A stretch of DNA of 64,000 nt from Felis catus. Its lineage: Eukaryota. The notes below the pieces were generated by a model. The model was given only the letters and a program-made list of their open reading frames with translations. It was not told the origin of the DNA and did not search any database. Every line of letters starts with the position of its first letter. The first letter of the stretch is position 1. A program made the translations under genes and the position numbers. The stretch spans positions 112,594,001 to 112,658,000 of the forward strand of contig NC_058368.1 of NCBI RefSeq assembly GCF_018350175.1, in the 5' to 3' direction. Below, one piece after another: positions 63,912 through 64,000 of the stretch.

Positions 63912-63962
63912 AGAGGTTCCATTTAAAACATTTTTTTTTTTTTTAAATGAGAGGTTCCATTT
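63912..63962 (-). mobile_element. Micro retro-insertion (SINE-tail-like, T14 on the plus strand) with a 13-bp TSD
   Basis: agaggttccattt at 63912-63924 and 63950-63962 flanks aaaaca-T14-aaatg. Confidence 0.7.
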
Positions 63963-64000
63963 TTCATCAACCACATTTGCTGATCGCATTCCCTGTGGAA

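Overview
Mammalian genomic DNA, almost certainly a felid, judged from a young cat-type Can-SINE and a carnivore-type L1 3' end. The window holds the 3' part of the TRPC7 cation-channel gene on the minus strand. Eight coding exons (approximately exons 5-12 by human numbering, recalled rather than aligned) all have canonical AG/GT boundaries and compatible phases. They splice into 1461 nt: 486 aa plus TAG, covering S1-S6, the LFW pore motif, the EWKFAR TRP box, the CIRB region and the C-terminal coiled coil. A 3' UTR with a likely AATAAA at 7299-7304 follows. The 76-nt penultimate exon is missing from the ORF track and was read by hand. The rest is intronic or intergenic DNA rich in Can-SINEs, L1, L2, MIR, MaLR LTRs, hAT DNA transposons and microsatellites. 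I found no second gene and no convincing novel biological system. The best second-look items are: three TSD-flanked, almost poly(A)-only retro-insertions; a SINE dimer bracketed by three copies of one target site; inverted SINE pairs and a candidate SINE poison exon around exon 6; a dense bZIP/bHLH/GC-box motif cluster in intron 8; a possibly bidirectional polyadenylation site; and a skippable 81-nt CIRB-region exon. Repeat family names and boundaries come from visual recognition and are approximate.
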